Shown here one piece after another: positions 55,992-64,000 of a DNA stretch of 64,000 nt. A model generated the notes under the pieces. The model made no database searches. It had not been told where the DNA came from and saw only the letters and a list, made by a program, of their open reading frames with translations. The DNA comes from an uncultured Actinomycetota bacterium (lineage in GTDB: Bacteria; Actinomycetota; Acidimicrobiia; Spongiisociales; UBA4744): NCBI GenBank assembly GCA_963717135.1, contig CAVQVN010000006.1:75995-139994 (forward strand), read 5' to 3'. Position 1 is the first letter of the stretch. Every line of letters begins with the position of its first letter. The position numbers and the translations under genes were made by a program.

Positions 55992-58326
55992 TCGCACAGA
56001 GTTTGAGGTGGTCGGCCACAACGAGCGGAAGGTGGACGGTTACTCGCTGGTGACCGGGAAGCCGGTCTTCGCCGGGGACGTCGACCTACCCGATTCCCTG
56101 TATGTGAGATTGCTGTACAGCCCTCATGCGCATGCGCGGATCGTCTCTATCGACACAAGCCGGGCGGAAGCTCTCCCCGGGGTTGTCCTGGTACTTACCC
56201 ATCTGAACACCCCTCCCCGGCGCTACACCACGGCCGGACAGGGGTATCCGGAACCGTCCCCCTACGACGCCCGGATGTTCGATACCAAGGTGCGGTTTGT
56301 CGGCGACCGGGTGGCCGCCGTAGCAGCCGAGAGCCCGGCCGCCGCCGCGGAGGCCATCAAGCTGATCGACGTCGAGTATGAGACCCTGCCCGCGGTCATG
56401 TCGATCGACGAGGCACAGGACGACGGTGCTCCTGTGATCCATGACGAAGACGGCGCAATCGGGGTTTTGGACGCGGCCCGCAACCTCGTGGCCGAGGTCC
56501 TGGTAGCAGTCGGTGACACCGAAGCCGGGTTCGCTGAGTCCGACCAAATCGTCGAAACAACCTGCGAAACTCATTACGCCCAGCACACTCCTCTCGAGCC
56601 GCACGTCGTCCAGTCGTACCTCGACCACAGCAACCGCCTGGTCCTACTCACCTCCACCCAGGTGCCGTTCCACGCCCGGCGAATCATTGCCCGGCTACTC
56701 GACCTGCCCGTCGCCCGGGTGCGAGTGATCAAGCCGCGGGTCGGTGGAGCTTTCGGAGTCAAACAGGAGGTCCTGCTCGAGGATGTCGCGGCGTTGGTTG
56801 CCTTGCGGACCGGGCGGGCGGCCCGCGTGGAACTGACTCGCCCGGAGGAGTTCTACGCCTCCCGGACCCGTCACCCGATGCGAGTGACGGTGAAGCTCGG
56901 TGCCGCCTCAGACGGCATACTCAAGGCACTTGACATGGAGGTCGTCTCCAACACCGGAGCGTACGGAACGCACGGCCTCACCGTGATGTCGAACGCCGGT
57001 TCGAAGACGCTACCGCTCTACAACAAAGCTCCCAACGTCCGCTTCGACGGCAAAGCCGTCTACACCAACCTCCCGGTCGGCGGCGCCTATCGCGGCTACG
57101 GAGCCACTCAGGGGTACTTCGCCCTGGAAACTGCCATGGATGAAATGGCCGACCGCCTGGCCCTCAACCCGCTTGAACTGCGGCGGCGCAACCACATCCG
57201 CCAGGGTGAAACGTCCCCGATTTTTGAGGAGATCGGGGAAGGCAAGAAGGGCGTCGAACAAACGGTCAATAGCTGTGAACTGGCGCGTTGTATCGAGCTG
57301 GGTGCCGCCCGGATCGGCTGGCACGCCAAACGCGGCACCCGGCGCCGGGAAGGTTCGTGGGTCTACGGGATGGGTATGTCGATCCACATGCAGGGATCGG
57401 GAATCCCGGCTGTGGACATGGGAGCCGCCACCATCAAGATGAATGACGACGGCTCGTTCAACCTGCTTGTCGGAGCCACTGATCTCGGAACCGGCTCCGA
57501 TACGATCCTGGGACAGATCGCGGCCGAGACGCTGGGGGTACCGCTCGACAAGATCATCGTGTACTCGAGCGACACCGATATGACTCCGTTCGATGTCGGC
57601 GCGTACGCTTCATCGACGACCTACGTTTCGGGCAATGCCGTTCGGCGAGCCGCCGAGCAGACCCGCCGTCAGATTATCGAGGTCGCCGCCGCGATGCTGA
57701 ACGTCGATCCAGATGGCCTCAGGGTCGCGAGCCAAATGGTCACCACACCGGACGGACGGACTGTCGGCTTGGCCGAGGTAGGCATCCGTAGCCTGTACGG
57801 CGCCGACCAATTGCAGATCGGGGCGACTGCTTCGTTCGTTGGCGAGGAGTCTCCTCCCCCCTTCCTGGCCAGCTTTGCCGAGGCAGCCGTCGATGTCGAA
57901 ACCGGGCAGATCAGGGTTACCGATTATGTAGCCGCCGTCGACTGCGGCGTGGCGATCAATCCACAGGCGGCCGAAGGTCAGATAGAGGGGGCCATTGCCA
58001 ACGGAATCGGCTATGCCCTCACCGAGGAGATGGTGTTCAGCTCCCACGGCCGGCTGCGCAATCCGACCTTCTTCGACTACAAGATCCCGGCTGCCCCGGA
58101 TCTCCCCGACATCAAGGTGATACTGGTCGACTCGTACGAACCGACCGGACCGATGGGAGCCAAATCAGTTGCCGAAATCGGCATCAACGCGCCGATTCCA
58201 ACCATAGCCAACGCCATCTTTGACGCGGTTGGTGTTCGATTGAGACAAACGCCTTTCACGGCGGAGCGGGTGCTGGCAGCTCTGGCGGAGAAGGCCTCGG
58301 CCGCCTCCGCGATGGTTGTGGAATAG
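55984..58326 (+). CDS. molybdopterin-binding large subunit of a xanthine dehydrogenase/aldehyde oxidoreductase family enzyme
   Basis: 780 aa. GGAFG, AYRGYGATQG motifs. Lacks the CODH form-I AYxCSFR signature, so not a CO dehydrogenase. Confidence 0.85.
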   Translation: MLDRTEFEVVGHNERKVDGYSLVTGKPVFAGDVDLPDSLYVRLLYSPHAHARIVSIDTSRAEALPGVVLVLTHLNTPPRRYTTAGQGYPEPSPYDARMFDTKVRFVGDRVAAVAAESPAAAAEAIKLIDVEYETLPAVMSIDEAQDDGAPVIHDEDGAIGVLDAARNLVAEVLVAVGDTEAGFAESDQIVETTCETHYAQHTPLEPHVVQSYLDHSNRLVLLTSTQVPFHARRIIARLLDLPVARVRVIKPRVGGAFGVKQEVLLEDVAALVALRTGRAARVELTRPEEFYASRTRHPMRVTVKLGAASDGILKALDMEVVSNTGAYGTHGLTVMSNAGSKTLPLYNKAPNVRFDGKAVYTNLPVGGAYRGYGATQGYFALETAMDEMADRLALNPLELRRRNHIRQGETSPIFEEIGEGKKGVEQTVNSCELARCIELGAARIGWHAKRGTRRREGSWVYGMGMSIHMQGSGIPAVDMGAATIKMNDDGSFNLLVGATDLGTGSDTILGQIAAETLGVPLDKIIVYSSDTDMTPFDVGAYASSTTYVSGNAVRRAAEQTRRQIIEVAAAMLNVDPDGLRVASQMVTTPDGRTVGLAEVGIRSLYGADQLQIGATASFVGEESPPPFLASFAEAAVDVETGQIRVTDYVAAVDCGVAINPQAAEGQIEGAIANGIGYALTEEMVFSSHGRLRNPTFFDYKIPAAPDLPDIKVILVDSYEPTGPMGAKSVAEIGINAPIPTIANAIFDAVGVRLRQTPFTAERVLAALAEKASAASAMVVE

Positions 58327-58410
58327 GCGAAAGGAGCGACACGCTCATGGCGGACGTTCCCGTGGCTCGAAGAAACGTACCGGCTGGGTTGGCATGACCC
58401 GATCGAGTAT

Positions 58411-59757
58411 GTGTTCGCCACCGAGAAGGGCATCGACGAAGGGGTTATCCGAGAGATTTCTGCTCACAAAGAGGAATCCGCTGAGATCCTCGAGAAGAGA
58501 CTCACAGCCTTCCGGGTCTTCCGACGGTTGCCGGTGCCGACCTGGGGTGGCGCCGGGGAACTGACCAACATCGATTTCGGCGACATCCGCTACTACGTGC
58601 GTCCCACCCGCGTCCAGGTGCGCGACTGGAACCAGGTTCCCGTGACTATCAAGACCACCTTCGACCGCCTGGCCATTCCCCAGGCTGAGGAGCATTTCCT
58701 GGGCGGGGTTAGCGCCCAATACGATTCTGAGGTCGTCTACCACCGCAACCGGTCGGAACTCGACCGTAGCGGTGTGATCTTCACCGATATGGACACCGCC
58801 GTGCGCGAACACTGGGATCTGGTACGCCGGTACCTGGGCACGGTCGTACCGTTCGACGACAACAAGTTCGCGGCACTCAACTCGGCGGTATGGTCGGGCG
58901 GATCCTTCCTCTACGTACCGCCCGGCGTGCACGTGGACAAGCCTCTGCAGGCCTACTACCGGATCAACGCCGAGAGAATGGGCCAGTTCGAACGCACCCT
59001 GGTCGTGGTCGACGAAGGCGCGTTGGTTCACTACATCGACGGCTGCTCCGCCGCTATGTCGGCGTCAACGTCTCTCCATGCCGGCGTGATCGAGGTGGTG
59101 GTGGCACCTGGGGGGCGCTGCCGTATCACCGGCCTGCAGAACTGGTCAAAGAGCGTCTATAACCTGGTCACCAAACGGGCGGTCGCCTATGAGGACGCCA
59201 CCATGGAATGGATCGACGGCAACGTCGGAGCTCGGCTCACCATGAATTACCCGTCGGTGATACTTAGGGGACCACACGCCCACGGCGAGGTCCTCTCGAT
59301 CGGCTACGCCGGCCGCAACCAATACCAGGACACCGGTGCCAAGATGATCCATTCAGCTCCGGCCACCACCTCCACCGTCACCTCTAAGTCGATCTGCCGG
59401 GACGGCGGGAGGGCCGGATATCGGGGTGTGGTGCACGTCGACCAGGGCGCCACCGGGGCGCGCTCGTTCGTCCGCTGCGACTCGCTCATCTTGGACCCGG
59501 CCTCGCGCGCCGACACCCACCCCTACATCGAAGTCGAAGAACGGGATGCCCGCATCGGCCACGAAGCGACTGTCTCCCAGGTCAGCGAAGACCAGCTGTT
59601 CTACCTGATGAGTCGCGGGCTCAGCGAGGACCAGGCAGCCTCGATGCTGATCGCCGGGTTCATCGAACCGATCATGCGTGAACTACCCCTGGCCTGTGCC
59701 GACGAGATCAACCACCTGATCGCCCTCGACATGGCCGCCGCCGGAGCCGTCGGATAG
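58411..59757 (+). CDS. sufB: Fe-S cluster assembly protein SufB (N-terminus apparently frame-disrupted)
   Basis: 448 aa from GTG 58411. End-to-end collinear with Bacillus SufB. The conserved N-terminal motif (...EETYRLGWHDPIEYVF) is encoded in-frame 58327..58410 without any start codon. RBS+ATG at 58347 is in the -1 frame. Confidence 0.8.
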   Translation: MFATEKGIDEGVIREISAHKEESAEILEKRLTAFRVFRRLPVPTWGGAGELTNIDFGDIRYYVRPTRVQVRDWNQVPVTIKTTFDRLAIPQAEEHFLGGVSAQYDSEVVYHRNRSELDRSGVIFTDMDTAVREHWDLVRRYLGTVVPFDDNKFAALNSAVWSGGSFLYVPPGVHVDKPLQAYYRINAERMGQFERTLVVVDEGALVHYIDGCSAAMSASTSLHAGVIEVVVAPGGRCRITGLQNWSKSVYNLVTKRAVAYEDATMEWIDGNVGARLTMNYPSVILRGPHAHGEVLSIGYAGRNQYQDTGAKMIHSAPATTSTVTSKSICRDGGRAGYRGVVHVDQGATGARSFVRCDSLILDPASRADTHPYIEVEERDARIGHEATVSQVSEDQLFYLMSRGLSEDQAASMLIAGFIEPIMRELPLACADEINHLIALDMAAAGAVG

Positions 59758-59888
59758 CCGGCGATTCGAATCAGTCCGCCTGGTCCCCAGAACCCTCCAG
59801 TCTTGGCCAAGATTGTGCGTTAGTGCCGGGCGAGATCACAGACCGGGACCGGGCCGACGAGGATCGGATATGTTGGAGGTGATCGACT

Positions 59889-60935
59889 ATGAAGGATGAC
59901 ACTCCATCCAATCAGGCGCCATCAACCTGCGCCGGGCAGGACAGATCCGGTGCTCGCTTCGAATTCGGTGCATGTCAGAACCCGGTGGGGTCTCCGCCTC
60001 TGGCGTTCGGCCCGGTTCCATCGCGCCGGCTCGGCCGGAGCCTCGGGATCAACAACATTCCGCCCAAGGTCTGCTCATATTCATGCGTCTACTGTCAGGT
60101 CGGTCCCACCATGGATCGGGCCGTCGAGCCTCGGGCCTTCTACCCACCCGACCAGATCGTCGAGGAAGTCACGGCGCAAGTAGAGCGGGTCCGAAGGCGT
60201 GGAGAGCCGATCGACTACCTCACCTTCGTCCCCGATGGGGAGCCGACTCTCGACTCCGGCCTCGGTGAATCGATCCGTCGGCTCCACCCGCTGGGCATCA
60301 AGATCGCGGTGATCTCCAACGGGTCGCTGCTGTGGAGACCTGAGGTTCGGAGGGCGTTGCAGGCCGCGGATTGGGTGTCGGTGAAAGTGGACGCCGCCAC
60401 TGAGTCGACCTGGCGACTTGTCAACCGGCCCCATCCGAGCCTCGACCTGGCAACCGTCCAACACGGCATCCTTCGGTTCGCTCGAGAATCCGAAGGGGAT
60501 CTTGTGTCAGAAACCATGCTCGTCGACGAGCTCAACGATTCTCCCGAGTCGATAGGTGCGGTGGGTGACTTCCTTCGCGAAACCGGAATCGGCACGGCCT
60601 ACTTGGCGATCCCGACCCGACCCCCGCCCTATCCCGCTATCACCGCCCCGGACGAGGAGACCGTTAACGGCGCTTACCAGTTGCTGGCGGGGTTTGTGCC
60701 CCACGTTGAGTATCTCATCGGATACGAGGGAGACCAGTTCGCGGCGAGCGGTGACCCAGGCCACGACCTGTTGAGCATCACGGCCGTGCATCCGATGCGC
60801 GAATCCGCCGTCAGAGAACTGCTCGAACAGACCGGCGCCTCATGGACGGTGGTCGACGAGCTCATCGCCGAAGGCCGGATCAAGGAGGTCACCCACCGGG
60901 AAGAACAGTTCTACCTACGGCGCTGGCATCGGTAG
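59889..60935 (+). CDS. radical SAM domain protein
   Basis: 348 aa. CxxxCxxC as VCSYSCVYCQ preceded by GPVPSRRLGRSLGIN. Subfamily not recognised. Confidence 0.75.
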   Translation: MKDDTPSNQAPSTCAGQDRSGARFEFGACQNPVGSPPLAFGPVPSRRLGRSLGINNIPPKVCSYSCVYCQVGPTMDRAVEPRAFYPPDQIVEEVTAQVERVRRRGEPIDYLTFVPDGEPTLDSGLGESIRRLHPLGIKIAVISNGSLLWRPEVRRALQAADWVSVKVDAATESTWRLVNRPHPSLDLATVQHGILRFARESEGDLVSETMLVDELNDSPESIGAVGDFLRETGIGTAYLAIPTRPPPYPAITAPDEETVNGAYQLLAGFVPHVEYLIGYEGDQFAASGDPGHDLLSITAVHPMRESAVRELLEQTGASWTVVDELIAEGRIKEVTHREEQFYLRRWHR

Positions 60936-61138
60936 CCGCACCCGCACGAAGATCGAACGGCGTAGCGGGGAGAGGTCCGGAGAACTCACAAGAGACGCCC
61001 GGAAATCTGCGTATCGACGCCGGTTGGGCCTTTCGCCCCTGGGACGGAGGGCCGATCATCGCTTCGTGATTTTCTTCACAAGCAGGTACCTTGGGAGCCG
61101 GCACATGCCAACGCCGACGAGAGAGAAAGGTGATTGAC

Positions 61139-62515
61139 GTGCCTCTGCCGCATTGGTTATTGGCCGTTTCGGAGGCCAATCTCCTGGCAGCTCGTTACCA
61201 GATGGCGATCAGCCTCGGCTTCCATATCATCCTGGCGGCACTCGGTATCGGCTTTCCGCTCATCACGCTGATCGCCCACACAAGAGGTCTCCGCCGCAAA
61301 GATCCCGACGCGCTCTTGCTTGCCAAGCGTTGGTCCAAAGTGATGGCGGTTCTCTTCGCGGTCGGCGCCGTGTCTGGGACCATTCTGAGCTTTGAAATGG
61401 GCATGCTGTGGCCGGGGTTGATGGGCCCGTTCGGTGATGTGATCGGGGTTCCCTTTACTCTCGAGGGCGTCTCGTTCTTCCTGGAGGCAATCTTCCTGGC
61501 GATCTACTTGTATGGCTGGAAGCACCTGTCCGCCCGGGTCCACTACTTCACCCTGATTCCGATTGTGCTGGCGGGTATCTCCGGTAGTTTCTTCATCGTC
61601 TCCGTCAACGGGTGGATGAACTCGCCGGCTGGATTCGCTATCACCGCCGATGGAACCATCACCAATGTTGACCCTTGGGCGGCGATGTTCAATGCAGCGG
61701 CGATTATCCAGTACGTCCACATGTTGCTGGCGGCCTACATGGTGTCCGGATTCCTGGTTGCCGGCGTCTACGCGACCGGTTGGTTGAAAGGTCGACGCGA
61801 CCATTTGCACCGAATCGGGTTCGCCATCCCGTTTGTGGTGGCGGCCTTGGCTGCTCCTCTTCAGGTGCTGGTCGGAGACCTCGCCACCGGCCGTCTCATC
61901 GATGCCCAGCCTGCCAAATTCGCAGCGATGGAGTTGCTCCCGGAGACCATGGCAGGAGCCCCGCTGACACTGGGGGGGTTTCTAATCGAGGGTGAAGTTC
62001 TGGGAGCGATCGAGATCCCGGGTCTGGCATCGTGGCTCGGCACCCGGGATGTCAACGGGGTCGTCCCGGGACTGGACTCGGTCGCCCTTGATGAACGACC
62101 CACAGCCGCCAACCTGGTGCATTGGGCTTTTCAGCTGATGGTGGGTATCGGCACCGGCTTCTTGATTCTCGGAGTCTGGTATTCGGTGGCGTGGTGGAGG
62201 CGTCGCGACCCGCCTCACAGTGTGTGGTTCTGGAGGTTTGCTTCGCTGGCGGGGATCGGAGCTGTGGCGGCCATGGAACTCGGTTGGGTCACGACTGAGG
62301 TGGGCCGCCAACCGTGGATCGTCCAGGGCGTTTTGCGCACGGCTGATGCGGTGAGCAACGCCGACGGCCTCGTGACGACTGCGATCACGATTTCGGTGGT
62401 CTATCTGGCGCTGGGGATAATCACCATTGTGGCGTTGCGCTGGATCGGCAAGCAGTTCGCGGCCGGTGAAGCGGTCGCGGCTCCATACGGGCCGCCCGAG
62501 GAAGTGTCGCCATGA
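61139..62515 (+). CDS. cydA: cytochrome bd ubiquinol oxidase subunit I
   Basis: ORF from TTG 61091. Start chosen GTG 61139 after AAAGGTGA. Q-loop and haem-ligand regions typical of CydA. Confidence 0.85.
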   Translation: MPLPHWLLAVSEANLLAARYQMAISLGFHIILAALGIGFPLITLIAHTRGLRRKDPDALLLAKRWSKVMAVLFAVGAVSGTILSFEMGMLWPGLMGPFGDVIGVPFTLEGVSFFLEAIFLAIYLYGWKHLSARVHYFTLIPIVLAGISGSFFIVSVNGWMNSPAGFAITADGTITNVDPWAAMFNAAAIIQYVHMLLAAYMVSGFLVAGVYATGWLKGRRDHLHRIGFAIPFVVAALAAPLQVLVGDLATGRLIDAQPAKFAAMELLPETMAGAPLTLGGFLIEGEVLGAIEIPGLASWLGTRDVNGVVPGLDSVALDERPTAANLVHWAFQLMVGIGTGFLILGVWYSVAWWRRRDPPHSVWFWRFASLAGIGAVAAMELGWVTTEVGRQPWIVQGVLRTADAVSNADGLVTTAITISVVYLALGIITIVALRWIGKQFAAGEAVAAPYGPPEEVSP

Positions 62516-63573
62516 GCCTGGCCGACGTTGTCCTCGTGATCATCTGGCTGGGTGTCTCGGCCTACGGAGTATTCGGGGGCGCCGACTTTGGAGCGGGGAT
62601 CTGGGATCTTCTGGCCGGCGGACCGCAGAAGGGGTTGCGTGTTCGGGCGCTGCTAGAGCGGTCGATCGGCCCGGTTTGGGAAGCGAATCATGTCTGGCTG
62701 ATTTTCGTGCTGGTCTACCTGTGGACTGCCTTCCCGGAGCCGTTCGCGGCGATCGCCTCTTCGATGTTGGTCCCGTTGAGCCTCGCCGCGCTTGGCATCG
62801 TCTTGCGCGGTTCGGCGTTCGCCTTCCGCAAGTGGGCTGGCTCTGTTCACCGACAACGGCTCTTCGGGGCGACGTTTGCGGGATCCTCTGTGCTGACCCC
62901 GTTCTTTCTCGGCACCGTCGCCGGGGGCGTGGCATCGGGCCGGGTTCCCTTGGGGAACGCCGCCGGTGATCCGGTGACCGTGTGGTTGAACCCGACGTCG
63001 CTGATGGGCGGCACGCTGGCGGTGGTGACGTGCGCCTACCTGGCGGCGGTGCTGGTGAGCCGGGATGCAGCAGAGGGCGACGATCAAAGCCTCGCCGAGT
63101 ACTTCCGGCGCCGGGCACTGGTCAGCGGATTAGTAGCAGGGTTCATTGCTCTGGTCGGGGTGTTCGTTCTGGAGTTCGATGCGCCGAACCTGTTCGACCG
63201 GCTGTTGTCGGCGCGCGGTATCCCGATCCTGGCGGTTTCTGCGGTCAGCGGGCTCACCTCGATGTGGTTGCTGGTCAAGCGCCGCCTGGTCGTCGCTCGC
63301 GGAACGGCGGTGCTCGCCACTGTGGCCGTCCTGTGGGGCTGGGGGGCCGCACAGTGGCCGTGGCTGCTGGACCAAGAAGCCTCGATCGATGCGTACGCGG
63401 CGCCCGATCCCGTTTTGTGGGCCCTGATCGTCGCTTTCGCGGCGGCTGCCCTGCTGGCGGTCCCGGCACTAATCTGGCTGTACACGCTCACCGAACGAGG
63501 CCTCCTGGGTGAGCATGGCTCCGCCGACAGAGAGTCCACCGACATGCTCCTGGACCGCTTGCGCACTGGGTGA
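62512..63573 (+). CDS. cydB: cytochrome bd ubiquinol oxidase subunit II
   Basis: 353 aa, ATGA overlap with cydA, CydB-like polytopic pattern. Confidence 0.85.
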   Translation: MSLADVVLVIIWLGVSAYGVFGGADFGAGIWDLLAGGPQKGLRVRALLERSIGPVWEANHVWLIFVLVYLWTAFPEPFAAIASSMLVPLSLAALGIVLRGSAFAFRKWAGSVHRQRLFGATFAGSSVLTPFFLGTVAGGVASGRVPLGNAAGDPVTVWLNPTSLMGGTLAVVTCAYLAAVLVSRDAAEGDDQSLAEYFRRRALVSGLVAGFIALVGVFVLEFDAPNLFDRLLSARGIPILAVSAVSGLTSMWLLVKRRLVVARGTAVLATVAVLWGWGAAQWPWLLDQEASIDAYAAPDPVLWALIVAFAAAALLAVPALIWLYTLTERGLLGEHGSADRESTDMLLDRLRTG

Positions 63574-64000
63574 ATAAATGGGCCGGCGATGAAATGATCG
63601 GCCATCTCGAAGCCCCAGGCTGCCCTGCAACGATCCGGGCGTTCTAGGTCTTGGGTTGCTCGAACATCCTCTCCGGATCAGGTGAGCAGCGTTGACAGGA
63701 GTAGGAGCCCGAGCCCGGCGCCAAAGGCGCGTCTCGATCTTGTCGCGGATCGCCAGGCGGCCGTCGGTTGGGTCTTCGCAGGGCTGGCCGGCGGTGATCT
63801 GCGGGAGGAGGTCGGCGGCAACGATGTGGATGAAGTTCCCGGCTGCGAAAGGCACCAGGAAGGCGACATAGAGGGTGCCGGATAGGGCGTAGGCGACGAC
63901 TCCGCCAACGAGAAAACTCAACGCCGAGAGGTAGTTGCATAGCAGGGCGGAGCGACGATTCCATCCACTGTGGACCAGGATTCCAAGGTCGCCCAACTTT
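63469..64000 (-). CDS. ZIP family metal transporter, C-terminal portion (5' end beyond window); possible frameshift near 3' end
   Basis: ZIP-like ...FAAGNFIHIVAADLLPQI. The expected final TM helix (RRAFGAGLGLLLLSTLLT*) is in another frame ending at 63678, whereas the current frame runs on to 63469 as non-membrane sequence. Confidence 0.45.
   Translation of the reverse strand, partial: KLGDLGILVHSGWNRRSALLCNYLSALSFLVGGVVAYALSGTLYVAFLVPFAAGNFIHIVAADLLPQITAGQPCEDPTDGRLAIRDKIETRLWRRARAPTPVNAAHLIRRGCSSNPRPRTPGSLQGSLGLRDGRSFHRRPIYSPSAQAVQEHVGGLSVGGAMLTQEASFGERVQPD

Noticed and set aside
55984-58326. Possibility that the Mo-hydroxylase is an aerobic CO dehydrogenase (CoxMSL)
   Set aside because: Large subunit has AYRGYGATQG-type xanthine-dehydrogenase-family sequence, not the form-I VAYxCSFR active-site loop. 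Gene order is M-S-L, but no coxDEFG accessory genes are present.

Overview
Evidence here is manual translation plus domain and motif recognition from memory; no database search or folding computation was run. High-GC (~68%) chromosomal window, most likely actinobacterial or a related high-GC lineage, with about 65 genes. Strong AGGAGG-type ribosome-binding sites (RBS), frequent GTG/TTG starts and 4-nt ATGA/GTGA start-stop overlaps are present throughout.

Gene content, 5'->3':

- 1-5800: a UPF0261/Tm-1-like gene pair (minus strand), 2-oxoacid dehydrogenase E1 alpha/beta (pdhAB/acoAB-like, no E2/E3), and convergent methylmalonate-semialdehyde dehydrogenase.
- 6200-11100: a complete LivHMGF-type branched-chain amino-acid ABC transporter, with a lipoprotein substrate-binding protein carrying a TETTAA x4 repeat linker, followed by a clean rho-independent terminator.
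- 11100-11820: TSUP/TauE permease.
- 11940-25556: a 13.6-kb co-directional run of amino-acid biosynthesis genes on the minus strand: a TrpR/YerC-like gene, hisG-D-B-H-F-IE, argC-J-B-D, lysA, metY-metX. Divergent hisA-hisN sits at 25641-27266. Two copies of a ~93-nt element (85% identical) lie at the hisIE|argC and argD|lysA junctions. A 277-nt structured leader precedes metY.
- 27362-33987: an unknown membrane protein, a 1146-aa cytoplasmic protein of unknown function (possibly (alpha/alpha)6 glycosidase-like), an HExxH lipoprotein, and DoxX.
- 34172-40880: a two-component module. It comprises a receiver (REC)-LuxR-HTH-adenylyl/guanylyl cyclase response regulator, two tandem paralogous polytopic NarL-type histidine kinases, a convergent single-domain receiver and a NarL-type regulator.
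- 41075-44120: a zincin-like peptidase, a membrane protein, a DM13 protein and TsaA.
- 44213-52777: the most unusual feature of the window, an 11-gene tightly overlapping minus-strand operon. Order: DsrE-like, TusA, MvhD-like, HdrL-like (HdrA with an inserted GltD/NfnB-type NAD(P)H domain), HdrA-like (N-terminal MvhD-like domain), small ORF, HdrC-like, HdrB-like, DUF1858, NifX/NifB-like, DUF364. This is a non-canonical heterodisulfide-reductase-like sulfur-trafficking system that I could not match to any described operon from memory. It lacks the LbpA and the HdrC2B2 pair of known sHdr systems.
- 52928-54500: a divergent orphan OmpR regulator, Hsp20 and a small membrane protein.
- 54676-58326: a xanthine-dehydrogenase-family Mo-hydroxylase (FAD, 2Fe-2S, Mo subunits).
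- 58411-64000: an orphan sufB whose conserved N-terminal motif is frame-shifted relative to a strong RBS+ATG, a radical SAM gene, cydAB, and a C-terminal ZIP transporter fragment with a possible frameshift.

No rRNA, tRNA, CRISPR or mobile elements were recognised.
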